Assembly: GCA_032128875.1 (NCBI GenBank)
Contig: JAVLKG010000004.1
Span: forward strand, 512,001 to 576,000
Direction of reading: 5' to 3'
Length of the DNA: 64,000 nucleotides
From: Candidatus Melainabacteria bacterium 17Bon1m
GTDB taxonomy: Bacteria > Cyanobacteriota > Vampirovibrionia > Obscuribacterales > Obscuribacteraceae
Part shown: positions 47,841 through 56,165 of the stretch, piece after piece
How the letters are laid out: each line of letters begins with the position of its first letter
Numbering within the stretch: the first letter of the stretch is position 1
Program-made: the position numbers and the translations under genes
Notes under the pieces: generated by a model
The model's input: the letters and a program-made list of their open reading frames with translations, nothing else
Told to the model about the DNA's origin: nothing
Database searches by the model: none

Positions 47841-49469
47841 CTAGACCAGTTCTGATTCTTCGACCGCAATTTCTTTAAGAAGTTCAGGTGGCAGGTAGGA
47901 ATTCACAAAGTGCCTTACTGCTATTGGATTTGGAGCGATATGAAAAGCGTTTACCTTCTCTTCAACCAAACGGTCCGACACGGTTACTCGCTCGTGCTGC
48001 CGCATGTGCTCGGCCCACGATTCGACCAAGAATGTTTCCAATTGTCTTTGCGGGTTGCCTACGTCGCTAAATAAATGCCACTGGAATGCACCGTCGCGCC
48101 GCCTTTGAACGCTGAGCTCCGACATTGCTTCTGTGAATTCTGTCAGTTTGGTCGGATCGATTATGTATTCGCATGTGATTAAAACCGGACCATGGTTTGG
48201 ATGTGGCTCATGAACAAGCTTCGGATCGCTCCAGTGATCGGACATTGTTGTGTCGATCATCTCGGCAATTCCCAGGGGAAAAGGTCGGCACAAGAAAACG
48301 CTTGCAGTAAGAAGACCTGACGCCACAAGTAAGGGAATGTCGAGTCCTGCGTACTGCGCAATTTGTCCCCACATAGCGCTTGTAATTGCAAAAGTGCCAA
48401 GGAATACCAAGATGTGAAACGCCAGAGCGCGTGCTCTAACCCAGGCGGGTGAAGCTTTCTGCGCACCCATGCTGAACATGGAGTTGACAATGATCCACGA
48501 GATGCCGGCACCAACCATAAACAGCGCTGCCGTCACCAAATTTTGCGCATAAGCAAGACCCAGCAATGCTGCAGCGAAAAGCAACTTACCAAAACCGGTT
48601 ACTTGATCGAGTGAGATTACACTGCGCAGCCGCGGCAAAATGGCGGCTCCAATCAGTGTTCCTACACCAAATATCGCCAACAAAATGCCATACCCCAGAG
48701 AGTCAAGGTGCAATTCTTTCCTGGCAATAAGCGGCAGTAGAGCCCACATCGCACTCGTACATGCACCATACGAGCCCGAGCGGACCAGTACTGCCTTGAG
48801 TGCCGGCGAATGACTCACGAAGCGAAAACCCGCTCTTACTGCGCCGGTCATGCGTTCTCGGTGTCGCGTGGGTGGCTTGGCTACTGGTTTCCAATTGAAG
48901 AAGACAAAGAGCACACCGACAAAACTAACCGCATTCAAAATGAAGACAGGACCAGGTCCTAGCGCCGCCACAGCCAATCCGCCCAGCGCAGACCCTACAC
49001 CTCTGGCAGCGTTATATCCAACACCGCCCAAAGCAATCGCCGGTTCGAGCTTTTCTTTCGGAACCAATTCCGGAATTGCAGCATTCCACGCCGGACCGGT
49101 AATGGCACCGCCCACCGCTAACATGAATGTCAAACCGAGCAACACCCAGGCATTTACCAGCCCATAAATGGAAAGCACCCCCAGCGCAAGAGAGGAGGCA
49201 AGCATCCAAAACTGCCCGATGATGAGCAACTTGCGCTTGTCTACAACATCAGCAAATGCGCCTGAAGGAATGGCCAGAATGAAAAACGGCAGGTAGGCAG
49301 CCGTTTGCAAAAGCGCGACTTTCAGCGGATCGGGCGCAATCGAAGTCATGAGCCATGCGGACCCGACTTCCTGCATGAAACTGCCGACGTTGGAAACAAC
49401 GGCGGCAATCCATAGTGCTTTGTAGACTGGCTCGCCCAGCGGCGACCACATAGATCGCGCAGTGCTCAC
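47841..49469 (-). CDS. MFS_3-family transporter with C-terminal soluble domain
   Basis: LWIAAVVSNVGSFMQEVGSAWLMT, GAFADVVDKRK, about 12 TMs; C-terminal GPVLITCEY, RRRDGAFQW, SWAEHMRQHERVT. Confidence 0.93.
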   Translation of the reverse strand: MSTARSMWSPLGEPVYKALWIAAVVSNVGSFMQEVGSAWLMTSIAPDPLKVALLQTAAYLPFFILAIPSGAFADVVDKRKLLIIGQFWMLASSLALGVLSIYGLVNAWVLLGLTFMLAVGGAITGPAWNAAIPELVPKEKLEPAIALGGVGYNAARGVGSALGGLAVAALGPGPVFILNAVSFVGVLFVFFNWKPVAKPPTRHRERMTGAVRAGFRFVSHSPALKAVLVRSGSYGACTSAMWALLPLIARKELHLDSLGYGILLAIFGVGTLIGAAILPRLRSVISLDQVTGFGKLLFAAALLGLAYAQNLVTAALFMVGAGISWIIVNSMFSMGAQKASPAWVRARALAFHILVFLGTFAITSAMWGQIAQYAGLDIPLLVASGLLTASVFLCRPFPLGIAEMIDTTMSDHWSDPKLVHEPHPNHGPVLITCEYIIDPTKLTEFTEAMSELSVQRRRDGAFQWHLFSDVGNPQRQLETFLVESWAEHMRQHERVTVSDRLVEEKVNAFHIAPNPIAVRHFVNSYLPPELLKEIAVEESELV

Positions 49470-49474
49470 GTGTT

Positions 49475-50209
49475 TTACTTCGCTTTAAATACCGACTTGA
49501 AGAATTTTGCGATCGGATCGTAAAACTCATCTACCACTCTTTCCTTCATCGGAATGATGGCATTGTCAGTGATGTGAATGTCTTCCGGGCAGACTTCCGT
49601 GCAGCACTTTGTGATGTTGCAGAAGCCGATTCCGGCATCTTCTTTGACCATCTTCAGGCGGTTGGCATCATCAACCGGGTGCATTTCCAACCCGGCCAAT
49701 CTGACCATGAAGCGCGGTCCGTAGAAGCCGTCTTTGCGATTGTGATCGCGCAGAACGTGACAGACGTTTTGGCAAAGGAAACATTCGATGCACTTGCGAA
49801 ACTCTTGCACGCGCTCGATGTCTTCTTGATAGACAACCCAGTTGTGACCGGGCTTTGGAGTGAAGGGAACGATCTTTTTGTTCACTTCGTAGTTCCAAGA
49901 AACATCAGCAACCAGATCTTTCACATGCGGAAATGTTTTGATTGGTTGAACAGTGATTTCTTCGCCTGGTTCAAACTTGTCCATGCGTGATTTGCACAGA
50001 AGCGATGGTCTACCGTTTACTTCAGCGGAGCAAGAACCGCATTTTGCAGCTTTGCAATTCCAGCGCACGGCGATTGAAGGATCAACATTTTGCTGAATCC
50101 AGTGAATGGCGTCGAGAACAACCATTCCTTCTTCAATCGGCACTTTGTAATTTTCGAAAGTACCGCTGTCCTTTTCGCCTCGGAATACTTTCAAATTAGC
50201 TTCAGCCAT
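49475..50209 (-). CDS. sdhB: Succinate dehydrogenase/fumarate reductase iron-sulfur subunit
   Basis: WNCKAAKCGSC..C, CIECFLCQNVC, CNITKCCTEVCP; overlaps the sdhA stop. Confidence 0.95.
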   Translation of the reverse strand: MAEANLKVFRGEKDSGTFENYKVPIEEGMVVLDAIHWIQQNVDPSIAVRWNCKAAKCGSCSAEVNGRPSLLCKSRMDKFEPGEEITVQPIKTFPHVKDLVADVSWNYEVNKKIVPFTPKPGHNWVVYQEDIERVQEFRKCIECFLCQNVCHVLRDHNRKDGFYGPRFMVRLAGLEMHPVDDANRLKMVKEDAGIGFCNITKCCTEVCPEDIHITDNAIIPMKERVVDEFYDPIAKFFKSVFKAK

Positions 50210-52034
50210 TATGGGTCGTCTCCTTCTTCACGAAAAACTTCTTCAAGTCTTCAGGCATCTCAGGGCATGGAGTTTTCTCCAGTTTCATCGAGTCGCCGTC
50301 TTTTGAAATTGCCGTATTGAACTTTCCAAGTTCCGGACTGAGTTGCTCGAAGTCTGTGCGACTGTGAGCACCGCGGCTTTCTTCTCTGGAAAGTGCACTG
50401 CGCGCGATCGCTTCAGATGCAATAAGCATGTTTTTCAAATCGCGGCACATGTGCCAACCCGGGTTGTAGACTTTCGAGCCTTTTGTGCAAACACGCTTCA
50501 CGTCTTCTTTCAACTCTTGAAGCTTCGCGATGCCTATTTCCAAATCTTCCTTGTTGCGGAAGATTCCAACATAAGTGCTCATTACCTGGTTTAGATTCTT
50601 TTGCACATCATATGGATTCTTCGCGTCAGAGTTGGCAGCACGTTTGAACGGCTCTTCCATCTCTTCGATTGCTGCATCGACGTCTTGGTTGTTGATCGAT
50701 GGAGACCCGCCAAGTTTTTTCACGTACTCAGCAGCACCTAAGCCTGCCAGCCTGCCGAAGACAATCAAGTCGGAAAGTGAATTGCCGCCCAATCTGTTCG
50801 CGCCGTGCATGCCTCCTGAGCATTCACCGGCGGCGAAAAGTCCCGGTACCCGGCTCATCTGAGAATCAGCGTCAACACGGATGCCGCCCATGATGTAGTG
50901 CATCGTCGGTCCGACTTCCATCGGTCCGGCAGTGATATCGACATCTGCCAGGTCTTTGAACTGGTGATACATAGATGGCAATTTCTTGCGGACACGAGCA
51001 GCATCCTGGTAGGAAATATCCAGGAATACTCCGCCGTGCGGCGAACCGCGTCCTGCTTTTACTTCTTGGTAGATTGCGCGAGCGACGTTGTCGCGCGTGG
51101 ACAGTTCCGGCGGACGTCTGTCGGCTGTTTTCACACCAGCGATTGCCGCATCTACCCAGCGCTTCGACTCTTCATCGTCGGCGGAGAATTGATCTTTTGT
51201 GCTTTCCGGCAAATAGTCACGCATAAAGCGCTTGCCTTCTTTATTGGTGAGGATGCCACCTTCACCGCGTACGCCTTCTGTTACCAGAATTCCGCGGACG
51301 CCGGGTGGCCAGACCATGCCTGTCGGGTGGAATTGAACGAATTCCATATCGATAAGATCGGCGCCGGCGTCATAAGCCAGACCTTGACCGTCTGCAGTGT
51401 ATTCCCACGAGTTCGAGGTAACCGTGAAGGCTTTGCCGACTCCACCAGTTGCCAGAACGATTGCTTTGGCTTTGAAGAGAACGTAGCGACCATCTTCTCT
51501 GTAATAGCCGAAAGCACCGGAGACTCTATCGCCGTCTTTGAAGAGCTTGGTGATGGCGCATTCCATATAAACAGCAAAACCGCGGTGAACACCTTGATCT
51601 TGCAGCGTCCTGATCATTTCCAGTCCGGTTCTGTCGCCAACGTGGCAAAGGCGCTTATATTTATGCCCGCCAAATGCGCGTTGCAGAATCGCACCTTTAT
51701 TGGTTCTGTCGAATACCGCGCCCCACTCTTGTAGTTCGCGCACTCTGTCCGGCGCTTCTTGCGCATGCAATTGCGCCATGCGCCAGTTGTTCATCATCTT
51801 GCCACCATTCATGGTGTCTTGGAAGTGAACTTCCCAATTGTCTTCCGGGTCGACGTTGCCGAGCGCTGCTGCAACTCCACCTTCCGCCATAACTGTGTGA
51901 GCCTTGCCGAGCAATGATTTGCAGACAAGACCAACGTTCATCCCTTGTGCAGACGCTTCGATGGCGGCTCTCAGACCTGCCCCACCGGCGCCTATCACGA
52001 GGACGTCGTGTTCATGTGTTTCGTAATTTGTCAT
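50202..52034 (-). CDS. sdhA: Succinate dehydrogenase/fumarate reductase flavoprotein subunit
   Basis: VIGAGGAGL, AHTVMAEGG (covalent FAD His), EFVQFHPTG, TEGVRGEGG, HYIMGG, HGANRLGGNSL, ESRGAH. Confidence 0.97.
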   Translation of the reverse strand: MTNYETHEHDVLVIGAGGAGLRAAIEASAQGMNVGLVCKSLLGKAHTVMAEGGVAAALGNVDPEDNWEVHFQDTMNGGKMMNNWRMAQLHAQEAPDRVRELQEWGAVFDRTNKGAILQRAFGGHKYKRLCHVGDRTGLEMIRTLQDQGVHRGFAVYMECAITKLFKDGDRVSGAFGYYREDGRYVLFKAKAIVLATGGVGKAFTVTSNSWEYTADGQGLAYDAGADLIDMEFVQFHPTGMVWPPGVRGILVTEGVRGEGGILTNKEGKRFMRDYLPESTKDQFSADDEESKRWVDAAIAGVKTADRRPPELSTRDNVARAIYQEVKAGRGSPHGGVFLDISYQDAARVRKKLPSMYHQFKDLADVDITAGPMEVGPTMHYIMGGIRVDADSQMSRVPGLFAAGECSGGMHGANRLGGNSLSDLIVFGRLAGLGAAEYVKKLGGSPSINNQDVDAAIEEMEEPFKRAANSDAKNPYDVQKNLNQVMSTYVGIFRNKEDLEIGIAKLQELKEDVKRVCTKGSKVYNPGWHMCRDLKNMLIASEAIARSALSREESRGAHSRTDFEQLSPELGKFNTAISKDGDSMKLEKTPCPEMPEDLKKFFVKKETTHNG

Positions 52035-52050
52035 TATCTTGGACCTTTAA

Positions 52051-52818
52051 CTATTGAAAGAAAACCGGGTTTGGGAAAACACCCGCGCAAACCTGGCGGA
52101 TATAGAAGTCGGTAAAGCCGACTGAGCAAAGCGAGAACCACGCCCATGCCATGTGATGCTCATTGAGCTTGGTGACGAATTCCCAGACTTTGAATCGTTG
52201 CTTTGTGCTCTCGTCTTTACTGAAGCAATTCAAACCGCCGCCTGCTAAATGCCTGTAAGCGTGGCATCCGAAGGTGTATCCGGATAGAAGAACGCAGTTG
52301 ATGGTCATGATCAAAGTGACAAGGTCAAAGTGAAATGACGGTTCAATCATTGATTTGAAAACGTCATACCAGAGGATGGTCAGTACCAGAACTGCTAAAT
52401 AGAAGAAGTAGCGGTGCAAGTTTTGCAGAACAAAAGGAAATGCTCTCTCACCCGTGTAGCTCTTGCTTCCCCAAACGCTGACGCCGCATGCCGGCGGTGT
52501 CAGGAAGTAAGCGCGGTAATAAGCTTTTCGGTAGTAGTAGCAGGTGGCGCGGAAGCCAGCAGGCATCCACAAAATCAAAATCGCCGGGGAGAATGGCCAA
52601 CCCGGTAAATCAATCTTTGGAGAATAAAAGGGCGAAATGATCGACCCAATCTCGTAGTAGTTGTTTTCGAATGCGCGGTATGTCGCGTAGACGATGAATA
52701 GGGTGAATCCGGTCGCTACCATTAGGGGTGCCAACCACCATGTGTCATGGCGTGTGGTCATGCCAGTGTGGGCGTGCGTACCAGATGTACTCGCTGTCGC
52801 TGCCTTAGTCTCGTTCAT
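52051..52818 (-). CDS. Succinate dehydrogenase membrane anchor of the mycobacterial Sdh1 (Rv0249c-like) type
   Basis: First gene of the sdh operon; SPFYSP, GFRATCYYYRKAYYR, PPAC, YTGE..FP..LQNLHRYFFY, YTFGCH..RH, KLNEHHM. Confidence 0.85.
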   Translation of the reverse strand: MNETKAATASTSGTHAHTGMTTRHDTWWLAPLMVATGFTLFIVYATYRAFENNYYEIGSIISPFYSPKIDLPGWPFSPAILILWMPAGFRATCYYYRKAYYRAYFLTPPACGVSVWGSKSYTGERAFPFVLQNLHRYFFYLAVLVLTILWYDVFKSMIEPSFHFDLVTLIMTINCVLLSGYTFGCHAYRHLAGGGLNCFSKDESTKQRFKVWEFVTKLNEHHMAWAWFSLCSVGFTDFYIRQVCAGVFPNPVFFQ

Positions 52819-53495
52819 TGCTCTCGTCCTGTTTTGTTTGTCCAGTTATGGACACGCACTTGCGTTTTCTTACTCTTCGTCGCACTTTCAGCGATCCGGA
52901 GAGCATCAGAACTAGCAGCATCCCGACGAAAACCGCGCCTCTCAAGAACTGTAGAGGCGGCACGGGTTCCCCGAATCGAACTTGTTTAATTATATCAACT
53001 GAGCACGGGCAAACCCGTCAGATGTGAATTTTCCAGCCCATAACTAGAAAAAATTGCACTCATTTTTCTAGATGTCATCAGGCGTTTCAAAAGGCGTTTT
53101 ATCAAAGGTTGCAAAGCAAAAGCCTGCTTCTATATCTCTTTGCTAAAAGGCGGATGAAAGCGAGATATGGAATATCGCTGCGATGGATGCAAGATCCTGA
53201 AGATTTTCTGTGAGGCGGAACTAATAGTTTAGGAGGGCGTCAGTTTTCTCTGTGTAGACCGCAAGTTAAGCGCAGTGCAAGAAAAGGGATTGTTTAAACT
53301 CATGACAGCCTGCTCAGGGATCAACTCCATACAAAACATGCAAACCGAGCTGGTTTTCAAGCAGTCTTTCGACATGAGATTCAATCAATCTCCTTCTAAA
53401 TTCCTTATGGTCACCGTCATGCCTTAGGCGACGTTCGAGCAGGTCCAAAACGAACTGCAAAGATGGCGAACTAAGCAAGTCTGGGAGTTACTGAA

Positions 53496-53771
53496 ATGAA
53501 ACGAGTCAAATTGAGTCAGAGGACACAAGCCAAGAAAGCAGAAGACCACCGCCATATGGTTACGCAGCGGCTAGATGAATCTATTCCACTGGACTCAAAA
53601 GAATGGCAAGCTGTTGAGCAAATATTGATGCGCATGACTGAATTTGCGCCGTCTAGTTTGATCACCGAATGCGTGAATGCCATCGCTGTATACGCAGACG
53701 AGCAAGCACAGCAAGGATACATGCTTGGACAAGACGATTTGATCAAACAACTCAAGTCTCGCGCCGCATAA
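53496..53771 (+). CDS. Small helical protein of unknown function (91 aa), paralogue of 24909..25181
   Basis: GGGAG RBS; shares RLD..IPL...EW..VE..L....EF.P.S and YAD.QA..GY.LGQ.DL.K.LK with the paralogue. Confidence 0.85.
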   Translation: MKRVKLSQRTQAKKAEDHRHMVTQRLDESIPLDSKEWQAVEQILMRMTEFAPSSLITECVNAIAVYADEQAQQGYMLGQDDLIKQLKSRAA

Positions 53772-53806
53772 ATTCAAAGCTACGGAAAGTTCCGGCAGAT
53801 GCCCAT

Positions 53807-56083
53807 CTATTGAAGCTTGCCGTCAATGAATTGAGCGTTGTTGTTCAATTCCTGCTTCATAGGCCAATCATGGGCATCCGTGCCCCTGTTCAGCCACTCA
53901 ATGTCAGTCACTGCCACAGTGAATTCCTTGAAGTTGGTGCTGTCGGTGTCAACAAGAACATTGGGAGCGTGAATTCTCATTTGTTTGGCAAATATTAGCT
54001 TCTGTCGATCCGACCATCGCATACTGGCGACCTTCACAGTTTGCAATTTCGGAAATGCCGTTAGCTCCTGCCAGACTTCAGGAGTTACGTCGGTAAAGCT
54101 CAAATCAAGTCGAACGAGCGACTTCAATCCGCTCAAATTTGCTACGCCCTTGTTAGTGATATCTTCGTTCCACCCAAGGCACAGCGTGGATACTTTCGAC
54201 TCGGAAATCACGCTCAAATCTGTATCTTGCAGATCGCATTTTGCGGCGATCAATTGTCGCAACTTGGGAAATTTGCCAAGGTTCTGAAGAACTGCGGTGG
54301 GGTGATCTGTGCTTGTGATGTTCAGATAGTTTAGCTTTTCAGGATGTATGTATTTCAGCAGTTGTCTGCAATCTATGTCATTCCAGGCTACGTCTAAATA
54401 GAGCAATTCCGTCAATTTCCCGAGCACAGGAAGATTTGATTTTAGCTGCGAGTAGAAAGCGTTGAAGAATTTCAATTTTGGAAAATTTGCCAGTTTGCTG
54501 TAAAAACCAGGTGACTTTGCGCGCTGTGAATTTAGATCGATCAATGTGAGTTCATTCGGCTGAAATTTGTCCATCAGCTGAGGATGATTCATCAAATAAT
54601 CGTTCGGCACAAATCCTATCAAATCATCCGTATGCACTGTAAATTCACCGGTTGCCTGGTGTATGCCTCCGCCGGCGGTGAGAATAATGCCTATTGATTG
54701 CTTCTGTGGAAATCTATATCTGCGAGTCTGCCCGCGGACAGACGACCAGTATGTTGATTGGCGGACGCTTTCTTCGTACTGCGGATCTTCCTTCTTAAGT
54801 TGAGCAGCGGCATCTGTAGCCGCATCGCCATTGGTATCACTACCTGTGGAAGTTGCTGATTCAGCCCCAGAACTGCTCCTGTCAAAAAAGAGTCTTGTTG
54901 GCACAGGCTTCTCTTGCTGTGGGTAGAAACACACGTAGCTTGTCAGCGCGCCCAGGGCGAAAATCACACCCACTGATAGAAGGATTAAAGAAGTATTGGA
55001 TGGAGTAAGAGAAATTGTTGTTTCTTTCTTCTCGAACTCTGGCTTCTTCAAAACTTGAGTCGTGCCCACAGGCTCCAGCGTACTTTTCGATTCTTCAGTA
55101 AGACGGCGTTCTAATTTGATCAAGTCTTTTGCCACAGCATTGGCAGATTGATATCTGTTAGCCGGATCCTTTTCCAAGAGCTTGGAGACGATCTCCTCAA
55201 GCATCTGCGGATACTGTGTGCCTAGCGATGCTTCCTTCAGAGAAAGAGGCTTTTCACCTTGATGTTTCATCATGGTAGAAAGCGCTGATTCACCAATAAA
55301 AGGCGGTGCGCTTGTTAGCGTTTCGTAGAAAACACAACCCATGGAATAGAGATCGCTTCGATGATCAACTGCAATCCCGGTACACTGCTCTGGGCTCATG
55401 TATAGAGGGCTGCCGAAGATTTCTCCCGTCTTGGTCAGTGTTTGTTGATTGAACTCATCGACACCCGTAAGTTTTGCAATACCAAAGTCTAGAATCTTTA
55501 CGTGTTCGACGTCCTCGCCTGCTTTTTGGTAAACCATAATATTGCTCGGCTTGATGTCGCGGTGAATCACTTTGCTTTCGTGTGCATAGCCAATTGCAAA
55601 CGCTACCTGAATAAATATGCCGACAGCTCGGTCAACCGGCAATTGCCCTAGCTTCTTAATCTCGTCGGCAAGGGTGACGCCCTCAACCAGTTCCATCAGA
55701 AAAAAGGGCTGGCCGCCCGGAAGTAGTCCGAACTCGTAAACCTTGAGAAGGTTTGCATGATCAAGCAAATGAGCAGCTTTGGCTTCATTCTGAAAGCGAC
55801 GCCAGGCAGCATCAGCCTCTTGAAACTTATTCAAACACTTGAGGGCAAACTGCCGCCCCATCAGCAGATGCTCGACGCGATAAACACTGCCCATGCCGCC
55901 TTGTCCAAGCAGGTCGATAATTTTGAATTTTTCCAGCACGATCAAGCCGGGCTCCAAAACGACAGGACTCTGCGCAAACAGAGACATGGTGTTTTCGCCG
56001 AAAGTGTAAGAGTTGTCCGTCCCATCTGTGCCTGGGGTAGGGACTATCAAACTTTTCTCTGAGTCTGTGTGCTCGTCTGTCAA
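53807..56083 (-). CDS. Receptor-like Ser/Thr kinase: kinase-TM-LRR (array copy 1)
   Basis: LGQGGMGSVY, FALK, HRDIKPSN, DFG, GSPLYMSPEQ; TM LILLSVGVIFALGALTSY; LRRs such as LKSLVRLDLSFTDVT. Confidence 0.95.
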   Translation of the reverse strand: MTDEHTDSEKSLIVPTPGTDGTDNSYTFGENTMSLFAQSPVVLEPGLIVLEKFKIIDLLGQGGMGSVYRVEHLLMGRQFALKCLNKFQEADAAWRRFQNEAKAAHLLDHANLLKVYEFGLLPGGQPFFLMELVEGVTLADEIKKLGQLPVDRAVGIFIQVAFAIGYAHESKVIHRDIKPSNIMVYQKAGEDVEHVKILDFGIAKLTGVDEFNQQTLTKTGEIFGSPLYMSPEQCTGIAVDHRSDLYSMGCVFYETLTSAPPFIGESALSTMMKHQGEKPLSLKEASLGTQYPQMLEEIVSKLLEKDPANRYQSANAVAKDLIKLERRLTEESKSTLEPVGTTQVLKKPEFEKKETTISLTPSNTSLILLSVGVIFALGALTSYVCFYPQQEKPVPTRLFFDRSSSGAESATSTGSDTNGDAATDAAAQLKKEDPQYEESVRQSTYWSSVRGQTRRYRFPQKQSIGIILTAGGGIHQATGEFTVHTDDLIGFVPNDYLMNHPQLMDKFQPNELTLIDLNSQRAKSPGFYSKLANFPKLKFFNAFYSQLKSNLPVLGKLTELLYLDVAWNDIDCRQLLKYIHPEKLNYLNITSTDHPTAVLQNLGKFPKLRQLIAAKCDLQDTDLSVISESKVSTLCLGWNEDITNKGVANLSGLKSLVRLDLSFTDVTPEVWQELTAFPKLQTVKVASMRWSDRQKLIFAKQMRIHAPNVLVDTDSTNFKEFTVAVTDIEWLNRGTDAHDWPMKQELNNNAQFIDGKLQ

Positions 56084-56165
56084 GGAATAGTGCCTGGAGG
56101 TCGGTTAGCTGCTACGGGAGTACCAAGAACCTTCCATTCAAGTATAAGCTTTGAATGTGACTTTT

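Noticed and set aside
8521-50411. HIP1 (GCGATCGC) enrichment typical of oxygenic cyanobacteria
   Set aside because: I noticed only about three sites (near 8521, 28301, 50404), far below HIP1-rich densities; not counted exhaustively.
50898-51734. 278-aa plus-strand ORF, and similar shadow ORFs such as 1917..2567, 16043..16612, 17890..18438 and 59851..60528
   Set aside because: Each is antisense to a clearly identifiable gene and has no motifs; typical shadow ORFs.
53001-53040. c-di-GMP-I riboswitch suggested by cacgggcaaacc
   Set aside because: The following GAAA-loop stem, GACGCAAAGC junction and second hairpin are absent; it is a simple short hairpin.
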